DNA of 64,000 nucleotides from Schmidtea polychroa (Eukaryota): NCBI GenBank assembly GCA_044892525.1, contig CM097888.1, positions 4,960,001 to 5,024,000 of the forward strand, read 5' to 3'. Shown piece by piece: positions 25,670 to 39,061 of this stretch (position 1 is its first letter; each line of letters starts with the position of its first letter). The notes under the pieces were generated by a model. It saw only the letters and a program-made list of their open reading frames with translations, ran no database searches and was not told where the DNA came from. The position numbers and the translations under genes were made by a program.

Positions 25670-26115
25670 AGATGACTCATCAAGGTCATTGAAACAAATA
25701 CCATGACTCGTCCGATGACTCATCAAGCTCAAAAATTTCCCAGTGTCATTTAAACAAAAACATGACTCATCAAGGTCGTATGGCTCACCAAAGATCATTC
25801 TCAAGGTCGTATGACTCATTCAAGGTCATTCTATGGGTTGTGTGACTCATCAAGGTCATATTATTATTTTTCAAAAATATTATTCTGGCGGTGCCCTACT
25901 ATTTAGCATGCCAAAAATTATCGTTGGCTCATATTTTTAGAATGATGACTCATCATATTTTTAGAACAAATATAATGACTCATCTGATGACTCATAAAAA
26001 TTATTATTATTTGAGTCATCGTTCTAAAAATATGATGAGTCATCGTCTTTGTTCTAAAAATGTGATGAGTCGGCGTATGAGTCATTGTCTTTGTTATAAA
26101 AATATGATGAGTCAT
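25670..26115. repeat. Cluster of ~12 TGACTCA(TC) motifs, orientation switching at ~26000
   Basis: Repeated GACTCATCAAGGTC and ATGACTCATC units, followed by TGAGTCATC units. Confidence 0.85.
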
Positions 26116-26230
26116 CGGATGATATGAATCTATAGGTTATCTTAAAGGTCTTGCACTGAGCTTTAACATAAGCCATCAATCAATAAAGTCCGTTGGCGGG
26201 AACATTAATTTTTGGGATGAAAAAAAGTAT

Positions 26231-26353
26231 GGCCCCTCTGGATCAATTAATTTTAAAAAAAATGACCTTTACCTTTTATTTAAAAAATTTTGACCTTGAC
26301 CTTGACCTTTTTTTTGTTATCCCTGGGAGGGGTATATGTGATCCAGAGGGCCC
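26231..26353. mobile_element. Small inverted-repeat (MITE-like) unit
   Basis: GGCCCCTCTGGATCA (26231-26245) vs TGATCCAGAGGGCCC (26339-26353), enclosing TGACCT repeats. Confidence 0.5.
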
Positions 26354-29068
26354 ATGATCTAGGGAGCCCACAACCATCTACTTATTTAATAAATTTTTTT
26401 GAACCAGTGTTTGTGTTCTTATTTATATAGGAACTATTAGGTTGAGATTCTGGGAACCTCAACTTAAAGATATGTATACAGAAAATTTATTGTACACGGG
26501 TATCAACCTGGTTACGATAATTCTCCAAATTTCTATCAAGAAACTTATATGCGGGAACCGACAATAGAATGTAGAATTAAAGTTACAATATTTAAAACTT
26601 AAAATTGAATAATCATCACTCTTAAATGACACTTTTTTTGGGGCGAGGATGCCAAAGATGGGATGTTTTAAAAAGATATCCCATTCAAATTGAATGGAAT
26701 TCTAATCGGAACCTGGAAGTGCTATATGGGTAAGAAGCAGTCCATTATGGATCTGTCGCCTCCAGAGAAGCCTAAGAATCAAAAAAAAGATTGTTAAAAA
26801 TAATATATAATTGTAGTTGTTTTAATGTTTCAATTTAATAAAAGTAATTTTGTATGAAGTCGTAATCGATATTTTTCTTTTTTCATTTATTACTGACAAC
26901 TAAAGCTAATAATAGAAAAACAGAGATAGATAAAAAACGATAAATAGATCATTAAAATTAAATATTTTACAGGAACTCGATCAATTGTTAGCATTTTTAA
27001 TTTTCGTAATCTTTTCTAAATTATAATATAAAATATAATTCACAGTGAAATATACTTTTTAAAAATATTCAATTTCTTTTAGAAAGTTAATTTCAATTTT
27101 AAATTATCTTTTGTATTTTAAGTATTTTACGAAGGCGCTTTTACACAGTTTGAAAATGTTTTTAAACTATTTAAATCGCGCAGGATAAGTCGCACTTGAT
27201 ATTTTTTCTAAAAAAATTGATTTTAGTTTTCAGATAAGCCGCGGCCTATTTGCTTGATTGTAACGCGCCATTATTTATTTATGACATTTCTATTTTCCTC
27301 TAAATAAATACATCATCAATAATATTTCTCCGTGACGTCATTATACGTTACCATACCGTTATAATACTCTGATAAAAATAATTCTTTAGTTGGCTTCACC
27401 AAATGTTATCTTATATAAATTTTAATGTAATATTTTATAAGACTTATCTTATCTTTTATTACTGGGCTATTTGCCGTTTTAAAGATTTTTACAGCATCAA
27501 ACAAACTTAATTCCAAATAAACGCGAAAATNNNNNNNNNNNNNNNNNNNNNNNNNNNNNNNNNNNNNNNNNNNNNNNNNNNNNNNNNNNNNNNNNNNNNN
27601 NNNNNNNNNNNNNNNNNNNNNNNNNNNNNNNNNNNNNNNNNNNNNNNNNNNNNNNNNNNNNNNNNNNNNNNNNNNNNNNNNNNNNNNNNNNNNNNNNNNN
27701 NNNNNNNNNNNNNNNNNTAAAGTCGTATTAATTGTTGAAGCAAAATAAAAAAATCAAGTCGCAGTTGGCATGAGAAAAGTATTTCTTTTATAACTTTGTG
27801 AAAACATAAGATATTTGAATAATTTTTACAATATTCTTGCATAAAATTAAATTTCTAATCGATTGGTGTATAAATTGTGACGTGAAAAATCTAAGGTTCC
27901 CTATTGATTTTGAAGGTGGGCAAAAATGCGATACTGTTGGAAAATCTACAATTGTCATGATATCTTTTTAGTTTCTAAATATATTCTTATAAGTTTTTGT
28001 AGAATATAACTTTACCACTTGACGGATTCGAAAATTTATTACTGCTGAATGCAATTAGAAACCAGATTTGCATTAGAAAAAAATATTCATTGTTTCATAT
28101 AGAAAATCAAGAAAACGCACGTGTGACGTAACGAAATGTTATAATTGAAAATTTCAAAATGCTACTATAACTATTTTCGAATTTCATCTATGTATTGCAA
28201 TATTGAAAATTATGTCAGAAGCCGCCATCTTAGTAAAAAACTATGTTTTGCTTCAAAAACGCAATTATGACGCAACGCATTGATATTTTTCAATATTTTA
28301 AAATCCTACTTAGCTTTTAATTCCATCTATGCATCGCATCGTTAATTATTATCATTATTAGTGATTAATTTCGTATGCCTAATATGAGGTGTTGGGCATA
28401 GCAGTACGCAATCAAACAGTTCACACTAGACAATCAAAATGGCCACAAACATGCGCGTCAAACAATTCAATCGACATCATTGCACATTTCAAATAGACGT
28501 AATAAAAAGAATCAATTCAAAAAAATGTATTTGAACTATTCCAAAACAACGACTTGTTTCGTCCTGCAGCTCTGCTCGCACGCGTCCGCTAAGGCACTCA
28601 GCATTAGAACTTCCCCTGCTGAGATCGGGGAGGGTTTCCCGTCTAAATATAAATAATAAAGCCATTATCACAGCTGCGCGCGCTGTCAAAAATAGAATCG
28701 TTGAAAATATTTCAAAGTCCGTCGGACAGCCGAATTTTTGAGAATTATCGATTGGTTTTACCTTTTCTTAATTCCTGGGAGAACCAAGAAACTTTTCGAG
28801 GATTTTATTTCGGAATCTTCTTAGTTTAATCAAGACGCAACTTTTTTGTAAAGGTTGTCTCGACTAAATATGCTTGGTTCCCAATGTTCCAAAAATTATT
28901 CCTTAAAAACGCAAAATTTTATTGAAAAGAAATCTTTTCGTTGATTTTCATATAAAATAATCTGTGTCGACAAATAACAAATCTTTTTCGTGGACAATGT
29001 CAAGGTGAAATCTTTAATGTAAGAAAAGCACATCTGACTAAATTTTGCACTTTGCACATGAAAATCAA

Positions 29069-29215
29069 TATATGCGCGATAACTCATCAGCATGGGGAGG
29101 GGAGGGGAATATATATGCGCAATAACTCATCAGCATGGGGAGGGGAGGAGGGTATATATGCGCAATAACTCATCAGCATGGGGAGGGGAGGAGGGTATAT
29201 ATGCGCGATAACTCA
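29069..29215. repeat. ~43-bp G-rich tandem repeat, about 3.5 copies
   Basis: Unit ATATATGCGCAATAACTCATCAGCATGGGGAGGGGAGGAGGGT. Confidence 0.9.
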
Positions 29216-29524
29216 TACTGATTCATGGGGCAACAATTAGTGACCAGAAATAGTGACCAAGGGGCTCACATCTGCCTACTCATATAACACGGTATCACGC
29301 AACACGCTGCAGTCCAATGACAACCGACCTACCGTGTTACAGGAGGGTCACCTGCAGTTTAGATAAATGCAAAGGGGTGATTGGAGCTAAGCTTAACCTC
29401 CCACCGTGCTTACATTAACATATGTAAGGAAATGGCAAGAACAAACAAAAGAGCAGCTCATAGATTGAGCGAATTCAATACAATCAAAATCATTGTCAAT
29501 CATATAAAATCATAAAATATTTAC

Positions 29525-31876
29525 CATTAATACATTGCACGAATCCATTGAGAGAGTTACAATAGCTTTCTCTGTATCGACTGGGAAATGAATACATCAA
29601 CGGAGGCAATTGGGTGCCGTTGCCATTGGACAATTGTACATTATTTGCCCGCTGATTCAGGGATTCAATCATTCCCTTCTCACCGTGAATCTCAACTCGC
29701 TGATCATATCCATAGGTCGATTGCCGGCTGAGATCAATCACTAAATATATGACATATTATTGATTATCGGTTATATTATTGATTATAATATTAATGATAA
29801 TATCGGTTATATTATTGATGATAATATTGGTTATATTATTGATGATAATATTGATTATATTATTGATGATAATATTGATTATATTATTGACGATAATATT
29901 GATTATATTATTGATGATAATATTGGTTATATTATTGATTATAATATTGATGACAATATCGGTTATATCATTGATGATAATATCGGTTATAATATTGATT
30001 ATAATATCGATGATAATATTAATGATAATATTGATTATATTATTGATGATAATATCGACTATAATATCGATGATAATATTGATTATAATTATTCAATGAT
30101 TTCCTAACAATCCAATTGAATGAGGGTTAGCAATAAGTATTGCCAAATATTTGCATTCTTCTACGCCTTTCTTCTCACAGCTAGTTATCGAGACCCCCCC
30201 ACGATAACTCATTACTAGATCTCTTTTCAATGGATTACATAGATTTTGTAATGTATTTCTCTATAGCTTATTTAATTTCTGATATGCTGGCACACAATAG
30301 GAAATAGCAATGAAACCGTACCAGCCAGCGTGCCATCGTCAAATGTCAAGGACATAGCAACCGTTTCGGAATCATGAAGCATTGAGATATTGGGATCCTG
30401 TGTGAATGCGGTGGCATAAACTGACACGGGCTTGCTTGGTGCCAGCAGCCAGCAGATCATGTCAAGGTCGTGAACCCCGCAATCATGGAATATCCCATCT
30501 AGAATTTATTATTGATTAAATTATTATTATAAATTATTAATAATAAATAAATGATAATATTGATTAAATTATTATAAATAAAATTAATATGATAAAAATA
30601 TTAATCAAAAATAAATAAAAATTATAATAAATATAATAAATGTTAATGAATAAAAAATAATATTAAAAATATTAATAAATTATTATAAATAGGAATTATA
30701 GTGAAAATAATAAAAATCTATATTGACAATTAAAATGGATTCATCAAATTAAAAAATGAAAATGACTTGAAATTTTTAGATAATCCACAGATGGCTTTGG
30801 GCTGTCACGGCTGCACGTTTTAATGATATGAATTCTCCCTAATGCCTTGTCAGTCATGGCCTTGTGAAGCTGTTGAATGGAGGGGTCGAATCGCCTATTA
30901 CATCAAGCGCCATTATACAATTGGTAAATAATTACAGCAGATCATCACCTGTTCAATGAGCAATGTAACACGAGATTTTTCTTCTCCGCCAATTCATAGC
31001 AAGACTTAATTGAGTCTAATGAAATAGAAATTGGCTTTTCACAGAAAACGTGTTTCCCTAAATAATGAAATATGTACTTAGTTAATATTATTTAATGTTG
31101 ATTTTAATAATTATTCACAAAGTCTGGTTGTGAATTTAATCCAGATTACATATTAGCTCAAATATATAAATATTCAAAATGAACAGAAATTCATCCTTGA
31201 CTAACTTTCATTATATCGAAATTATTCTTTAAGAATGTAAGGAATTAGAAATACAAATTAAAATAGCGATATTAGATAAAAATGTTTACATTGTCAAATA
31301 TGATCTTTAAAAGTAGTAACTACTCCTAATTGATACACCCAATTCAATTAATTCAACAAATAGTATATTAACAACAAATTAAGTTTTATCATATAAATAA
31401 CTTGTTATTTGCATTTTTATCTTAACTATTAAATTGAAAATAATAATTCTAACCTCTCGCAAATATTTATTGTTAGCAAAATATGATTAGGAAACAAACT
31501 TAATAGTATCAAATTTCTTATTAACAATTCATTTCTGACATGATTAAAATAGCAAATCGATATCTCAATAAATTCAACTTATTATTTAAATTGCTTACAA
31601 TTATGCAGTTAGTAAAACAAATATCTTAATTCAAACGCACTTGCATTTCTTGTTAACTTATAAAATATTTTCTTGAAAATTCATTTAGAACTTGTTAGTT
31701 GCAATTTGGATATATAATGTAACAAAAATATTATATTCTTATTTTTATATAGCGCCATTTCTTAAAACACAAATCGGACTAATCCCAAAATGTATTATAT
31801 ATCATTTTTACAAATATTGACATACCTGAATTCTATAATTAAGCGTTCAATTTAAATCTAATAAGAAATTAAATTG

Positions 31877-31912
<36 letters not shown>

Positions 31913-32254
31913 CTAAAATCTAATTTAAAATCAATATTAATATAAATATTAGCAATGTCTAATCAAATTCATACCCTTTTCCAAAGCAAGTAAAATTTCT
32001 TTCTCGTGGCAATCTGTAGGAGTTGTAATGATAACTGCATCCAAATCTGGGTCATCTAACACTTTCGAAAAATTTTCCGACAGAAGATAAATGATATTTT
32101 TATTGTTATATTCATTTTCAAACCATTTCAGCTTGTTCTCGTCGATATCCAGAGCATATTTCAAAGCGCAAATATTGGACACAAATATATTTTGAAAATG
32201 TATCGAACCAGCTCTTCCTAATCCGATTATAGCAAAATTATATCTTTTATTCAT
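29525..32254 (-). CDS. Spliced Gfo/Idh/MocA oxidoreductase (myo-inositol 2-dehydrogenase-like); last exon not located
   Basis: GT-AG exons 32254-31975, 31057-30949, 30894-30767, 30498-30322 and 29740-29525 join in frame. Motifs: IGLGRAG (Rossmann), GKHVFCEKP, NRRFDP, SRDSP, GIFHDCGVHDLD, YGYDQRVEIHG. Confidence 0.9.
29760..30100. repeat. Intronic AT-rich minisatellite (12/24-bp units)
   Basis: Repeats of TATATTATTGATGATAATATTG(G/A)T; the ORFs called over it are artefacts. Confidence 0.9.
31879..31910. repeat. (AT)n microsatellite in intron 1
   Basis: Direct reading of the sequence. Confidence 0.95.
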
Positions 32255-34705
32255 CTTGACAATTGACGAGTGTTAGATTTACGTAGAATTACATATTTAT
32301 ACAGCTGCTGAACAATCAATGTCAATAATGAGTCATGATGAACGCATCAGATTACATAGTTGTTGCCAACTGTATTCTAATTATGATAAGCTATAAATGT
32401 AGGAGAGCTATATAGTTGATTTTGGTATTTGGAATTACGAATCACTTATTGAACAAATTGCTGATTCAGTAATTCAATTTTAAGCAATTTCAATTTTAAA
32501 AGTATAAATAAGTATCTAAAATTACTTCAGTAAAATTATTATTTATTAATTAAATAAAGTGTAATATAATTATTTTTGATACAATAAATTATGAATATTT
32601 ATTATTATCTGTTTTGTAAATTTTAAAGTTATTAATATCAAAATTTTATGATAAAATTTTTTATCAAAGTTTACATTACTATCCATGTTGACGTTATCAA
32701 AATAAGATTTTTAATTAATTACGTCATTTTGCAATTTAATTAAATAAGTTTTTAATTTAATATTGTTGTTTAAGCTGTCACAAAATAAATATACGATTTT
32801 CGAATAAAATTATTTGGGAAATTCTAATTTTTCAATGGATACTTTTGAAAATGGTATTCGTTACAATGACATTTAAATAGCGAACCTCAATTAAAATAAT
32901 ACAAAATCATAAATAAGATTTTGTATCTGATTTTTATGAATTTTTAATAACGAATAAGTCATGTAGTTTTGACTTTAATAGAACAAAATCCTCTTAATAG
33001 CATCTGACCCTTCGCGATAAAATGAATGTGACATTTTTTACTAAAGAAATTAATCAAAATCATCTTATTTAAAAGAATTTTGTTTTTTCCATATTACCAT
33101 ATATTTATTTTTTTATATGTGTTACGTATGTTTTGAATGATAAATTGTTATTTTTATACAGTTAACATATCTTTTTAGAATATTTTATTCATATGTTGCA
33201 ACTTTATTTAAAAATAAATTATTTGATTATAATTGGTATATGTACACATATTTTTTATCGTAGATTTGAATTTTTCATCAATTTTTCATAGTTTTAAAGA
33301 ATTTTTAGTATAATCATTAATATATAGAATTTAATTTTCTAACAATTAGTCTGATTATAATTTTATTCGCCCACTCGTTTTGTTTTAAATATTGAATTTG
33401 TTGTTTTTTTTAAAATCTATTTTGATGTTTTGTTGATAAATACATCAATGAATTGTTATAATTTTCTAGAAGATTTGACCATCAAATATCTAATGTATTC
33501 CGTATCTCATATATTTTGTTTTCACTATTGCATCTTTAATCTAATAATTTTAGTTTTATTATGTCTTTGTTAAATAAGTCAACTTTAGCGTCAAAATGTG
33601 CTTTTAAAATATATTGAAGTTTCAAAATACTGCAACGTATTATATTTATGATTTTCCTACCCCTTCCTTGATCTTAAATGGTACAGGAAAATATTCATTT
33701 TCTAAATAAGCATTTACAATTTTCAAATTTGTCACTTTTAAAAAATATTTTTACAAAATCAATTTTTCAAATCGCTAATTTTCAAAATGGACAGAGAACA
33801 AAATCAAATTTTACGCGCCATGTTGGAAGGAAAGAACGGTAAATAATTTACTTTAAATTAACAAAACGTTATTTTATAATAATTCTAATAATTACTAATT
33901 AAAATTTTATTCTAATTGAAATATTATTGTTACAATTTACACTCTTGTTAGAATATATTAAATGTATATGTAAAATAATATTAATAAAAATAATAAATAA
34001 ATAACTTAAGTAATTAAAATAAAATATTAATAAAATAATTAATTAATTAAATGTAATAAATTAAAAATTAACTAAAGTAATTAATTAAAATAAAAAATAA
34101 TAAAATAATTAATTAATAAAATTAAAAAATTTAATAGAAATAAATAAATTTAATTCAAAAAAAAATTAAATAATTCAAATAACTTATATTTAATCTAGAC
34201 ATTGGAATGACGTTGAAAGTGAGTTGGAGTCCTCACATCCTACTACTTACTTGATAATTAAAAATGACCTTTTATTTAATTGTCTGCTTTTATTGATATT
34301 CTTCCGTTCTCTTCTGATTTTTCAATATCTCTTTTCCACTCCTATTTCACTGAGTTTCAGAATAATACCTCATTCATTTATCATCATTCTCCAATCATTT
34401 TACGCATCTAATAATTATTTTTGTTTTATTATAAAGGTATCCTCAACATGCCAGTTAAACTTGTCCCTTATTATCTCCATGTTTATAAATAATATAATTT
34501 ATTATTTTAAGTAACAATATAAAGGATATAAATATGATCAATTAAAAGGTTTAAGAGGTCTGATTTATGGTGATGTAGAAGAGTTGAATTTTTTCAGAGC
34601 TAGTATAATTAAACAACCATAAAAATACAATATTCAAACAAAGAACAAAAACCTACAATCTAAATAGTGAGTATCATTTAAACTGAAGATGAAGAATTAA
34701 AATAG

Positions 34706-35533
34706 TCAAGAGAAAATTACAATCGACTCATCATATGTTGCTATTATTTCCAAGTATTTTGCAGAGGTTGAATGAGTCCTCCAGCTGCCTCCATTGCCAT
34801 TATATAACGCGTACCTTATTATTGGGTATCCAGATGTTGTTTGTCCAAAAGGACATCTATCCATTATATCAAAAACACAAAGAACTCCGATATCATTGTG
34901 ACAAATTGGGTAATATAAGCTTATAAAAAAGGATCTCTTTACAAAACCAGTGTCACCAATGATGCTAAAAATATTGTAAGAGTTATTCATTAAGTTCTCA
35001 ATATTCCATGGAAATGATTTCAACAGATTTTCTTTTCTAAACCATGAGATTAAAGAGTCCATTTGACCCACCTTGAAAACCAGCCATGCAACTGTGACAT
35101 GTTCTGCATTCTTGATTGTGATATTCATGAAATTGGGCTTGATGGTATTCCATTCATCTAGAATAATACTTCTGAAATTGTCTGAATAATTGTATCTCGT
35201 TTCTAATACGGACGATATTTTCAATATCTCTTTTTCTTGATTACGGTTCGGAGTAATGAAGGAATCATAGGAACCTATTCCACTGCCAGCAACTATTCTA
35301 AATACTGTAAACTGATTCGGTACCCTTGCATAGAGGAATTGCTGGTTTCTATGAAACTGTCGCAAAGTCTCATTTTGTGGGGCATAGCAAGTGTGATTAA
35401 GCGTGATAAAATAGGTAGAGACCTTACTGAATGCGGCGGCGGCACATTTCATATAACTTATCGAATCCGTCACAATACTTGGAAGGAGAAATAATAAAAT
35501 GAAATTATCCCCAATTTTCATTGCAATTTTCAC
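34706..35533 (-). CDS. Intronless, probably secreted, Cys-containing protein of an unnamed invertebrate family
   Basis: 275-codon intact ORF with a hydrophobic N-terminus (FILLFLLPSIV). The pattern VFRIVAG..RSIILDEW..SWF..FSIIGD..RSFFI..C..D.G..C resembles a domain I recall from uncharacterised marine-invertebrate proteins. Confidence 0.7.
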   Translation of the reverse strand: MKIAMKIGDNFILLFLLPSIVTDSISYMKCAAAAFSKVSTYFITLNHTCYAPQNETLRQFHRNQQFLYARVPNQFTVFRIVAGSGIGSYDSFITPNRNQEKEILKISSVLETRYNYSDNFRSIILDEWNTIKPNFMNITIKNAEHVTVAWLVFKVGQMDSLISWFRKENLLKSFPWNIENLMNNSYNIFSIIGDTGFVKRSFFISLYYPICHNDIGVLCVFDIMDRCPFGQTTSGYPIIRYALYNGNGGSWRTHSTSAKYLEIIATYDESIVIFS

Positions 35534-37799
35534 ATAAAAATACTAATTCAATAATTTCCTAGCAATATTTGTCCAGTTTATATAAATAGTGAAACTACAT
35601 AGTTCCCCTCCCCTCTTTTGTATGTGACAGATTGAGCATTGAAATGTACATAGAATGACAGTTAGCAAACACATATTTATTATTTATTGTAGAAATAAGT
35701 CATATTTACTATGATTATAAATTTTGTAAAATTATTCAACAATAATATTGAAGCAAAATCTTTATCTTGAATAAATATTGTCAAAATATATTTTTATTGT
35801 TTTAACTAATAAATGCTGCTATCAAGAAATCATCACTTTATGTTGTTATTGTGTAATAAGAAACATGACTTTTATTCATATCTTATTTGTCATTTTTTAT
35901 TTTCTCTAACTGATTATGATGATTCGACTTTTCCAGTTATTTCAATGAATGCTTTGCATTTGAAACATTTATTTATATAAGCAATATACAGTAAAACTTG
36001 ATCAGTTTAAAGCAAATGTGCTAAAGGTTAAAGAAATCAAATTTCATGAAAAAACGTATCATTTTAATAGAAAAACATTTTGCATTCAAAATAATTTATT
36101 AAAAGGCTAATTTCGCAACATTTTTAATTAAATAACATTATTAAGACGTTCTTAAGGTGGATTATTTAAGGAGCCTTATTTTGGTAAATATCATTTTAAA
36201 GTTTATTTAGCATGATAATTACTTTATTATTATTATTACTTTCTAATGGCGATATTATAGAAATGTTGCAGCCTCAGTAAATATACATTATTACGATTGG
36301 TTACTATAAATTGCGCTTATTACGAATTATTAATCACAAAAGGTTGCACGTATAAGATGCTTGTACAATTCCTGAATTAAGCAAAGAACCAGTGTTTTGA
36401 TTTGGTTGAAATATACAATTTTCTTTGATTTTATTTGTTTACGTTCAATACGGTTTTTGAGTTGTTCATAATATTTTAACCAGTAGTTCTTACCGTCAAG
36501 TTTACTAGTTTTACTAATTCTTTTCTCAATACTTTAAAATGTATATGAAGTAATAATTGCAAGTTGAGCCTGAGCAGTTATATCGTTGCTTTCGTTCAAA
36601 GAAATCAAATACATTTGGCACTTAAAATCACAAATTATGGTCAAATTTGATTTTTCACTGTCTAACTACTGAACTCTAATTCTTTCATACCTAACAAAAG
36701 AAAATCTTTTACTTTGATTTCATTGCCAAAACGCTTTTTTTCAAAATTCACTTTCACAAAGTGATTTCCCATGTTTTAGAATACAGTGCACCAAAATACA
36801 TTTAGCCGATGTAATATTATTTTTTGACACAAGAAACGATACAAATACATTAAAAAAATACAAACTATTAAAAATATTTATTATCCAATGAAAATCCCGA
36901 GTTAGTGGAAATTCTTAGCCAATAGAAAACCTGAGTAGTTTGAGAAATCTAAGTGATAAATAAAGTGACTTAATAATCCCCAAGCAAATAAATCAATAGG
37001 GACTCCGAGATAAAAAGAGGAACTTGATGTTGCCAGTGAATTGGTGAAATTACCCCTAAATAAATATGTTGAATGAAAGCCCCGAGATAGGAGAAAATTA
37101 CTCAAATCAGTAATAAAATCATGTAGAGTACGAAACTTGAGGAGCTGTAACCAAAATTAATAATCTTGATAGGTGTCTAGATCAAATTAAGAGAACGGTA
37201 TAAAATGTGAAAGAGTATTTAGCGAAATTCTCAGTTGGTCAGACAAATTTCGAAAGTCTTGAAAGTTAGAATAAATAAAACAAAAACAAAGATAAACTGG
37301 TGCCAACCAATATGAGAAATACTTCATTGCGCGCGAAGACGAAGCGAAATCTTTGATCAAGAAAATTGAAAATTGTGCAGATAAAGTGATGTAAATAATT
37401 GTGAATAAACGTTATTATGTTGGGGTTGTTCGATTTTTTAATAAGGACACTGAATAATCAGAAAATGATACCGACAGATTATAAAATCCAACAACTCTTA
37501 CTAATTGCATATTTTGATGATTTAAATGTTAATTTTTCCTTTTTTGTGTTTTGTAGGTTTTTGCAATTATTAGTTGTTAATTTTTTTAAAATTTAATTTA
37601 TTATAAAATATATATTAAAAATTAAATGGTCTAATATTGTTGTTTTTCTATTGTTTCAATTGTCGATGTATAATGTTTATTGAACACCTTGATTAAATTT
37701 AGACATGTAAATTTAACGAATATCACTTAAATAAAATCGCATTCAATGATTTCTGCTTTAAATTTCGGTCAGATAAAATGTTGGGTTTTAGATTACTTT

Positions 37800-38700
37800 A
37801 AGTCGGTTCCCTCTGACTCCTCGTGTCCTTTAAATCAAAACAATAACGACCCAACGTATATTGAAATAACAAATTCACAATCCTTTATCACTACTTTACA
37901 ATTAACAATCAAAATTCCGTTTGACCGATTCTCCGCTCGGTGTTGATGCTTTGATAAAGATAATATTCACCTTTTAGTTTCTGAGGTTCTCTTGACCAAC
38001 GTTTTCCTCTTTTTCTGTTTGATTTGATCCTTTTCTCGCTTTTTATTCTTTTTCTATCTCTTCTTTTTCCTTAATCTCCTAGATCCGTTTTCGCCTTTTC
38101 CTAAGCTCAGTTTCTTCTTACCCTACCTGAGGCAAAATGCCGATTTGCTCTGATTTTCCCTTTCCTTATATACTCCTCGACATCGGGATGACAAATGGTT
38201 ATTGCCGAGCCAATCTTTCATTTGACATTTGCTTCCACGCATCTGCGTCGGCTGTCACCCATAATGGTCCAACGAGCCAAGATAATCAATGGCCCTTCCG
38301 GCCTTTCTAGACGCACTATCTTCTTGCTCTTTTCCAATTAATCATTGTGTCAAGCTAATGGGCATAAATCTTCCTTCTGTTTACTTTTCTTCTTGTTTAC
38401 CCAGCTCGGGTTTCCTTCATCTCTTGGGTTATCCATTGGCTTGGGTTTCCCATTAGCTCGGGTTTTCTATTAGTCAATAAATTAATTAATTAACGTTTTC
38501 TGTTTTTACACATTTGAATGCTTTTCTACCCTTCCTAACCATTTTCTGATAAATCCCTAATCATCATCTTGTTGACCATTAGCTACTGTATACCTGTCCC
38601 GTTTTCCCAGTTCGATTTCGATGATTTTGCCATTTATTGATTTTTCTCAGATTTCCGGATTCTTGCCTTTCGTAATTGCTTTTGTATATTAAACTATTTA
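37800..38700 (-). repeat. Unclassified dispersed repeat, diverged inverted copy at ~53950-54630
   Basis: Shared blocks include GGGTAAACAAG.AGAAAAGTAAACAGAAGGAA, GGCTCGGCAATAA.CATTTGTCATCC and GAATC.GTCAAAC. Confidence 0.7.
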
Positions 38701-39061
38701 TAAAGAGAACAATGAGTTAAATGCGATTGATGCAAATATTTCCCGATTCTGATTATTTAGATTTTCAACTGAAGGTTTTTGTGGTTATTAATATAGTAAT
38801 GGATGAGTTCTGAGAGCAATGCCATTAAGTTTAATGAAATTATTAAAAATCGGCTTGTCTCCAGGTGGTAAAGTTATTACAAGTCTTACAATTTGCTGGA
38901 GGCTTTAAATATTTATAAAAATTTATTTTTTAAACAATCAGAAGTTCCAGCCATGCTCACTAATATATCTGTAAAACTATTTGATCAATATTCCAATATC
39001 GTTTATGATTTTTTTGGTTTGGGATATAATGCCACAAATATTGGAGACACTGTCCAAAATA

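Noticed and set aside
27890-27970. FEGGQKCDTVGKSTIV resembling a mannose-6-phosphate receptor homology motif
   Set aside because: Short match with no supporting neighbouring exons.
28545-28620. GGACGAAAC..GTC hammerhead-like 3' half on the minus strand
   Set aside because: No CUGANGA core or matching stem I upstream.
29069-29215. CRISPR-like appearance of the 43-bp repeats, and of the ~178-bp units at 8386-9245
   Set aside because: Head-to-tail repeats without unique spacers, eukaryotic context, no cas genes.
29760-30107. Two overlapping Ile/Asp-rich ORFs
   Set aside because: They are translations of an intronic minisatellite inside the dehydrogenase gene.
37120-37400. BEL/Pao gag-like start (RGAVTKINN)
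   Set aside because: Too short and degenerate to support a call.
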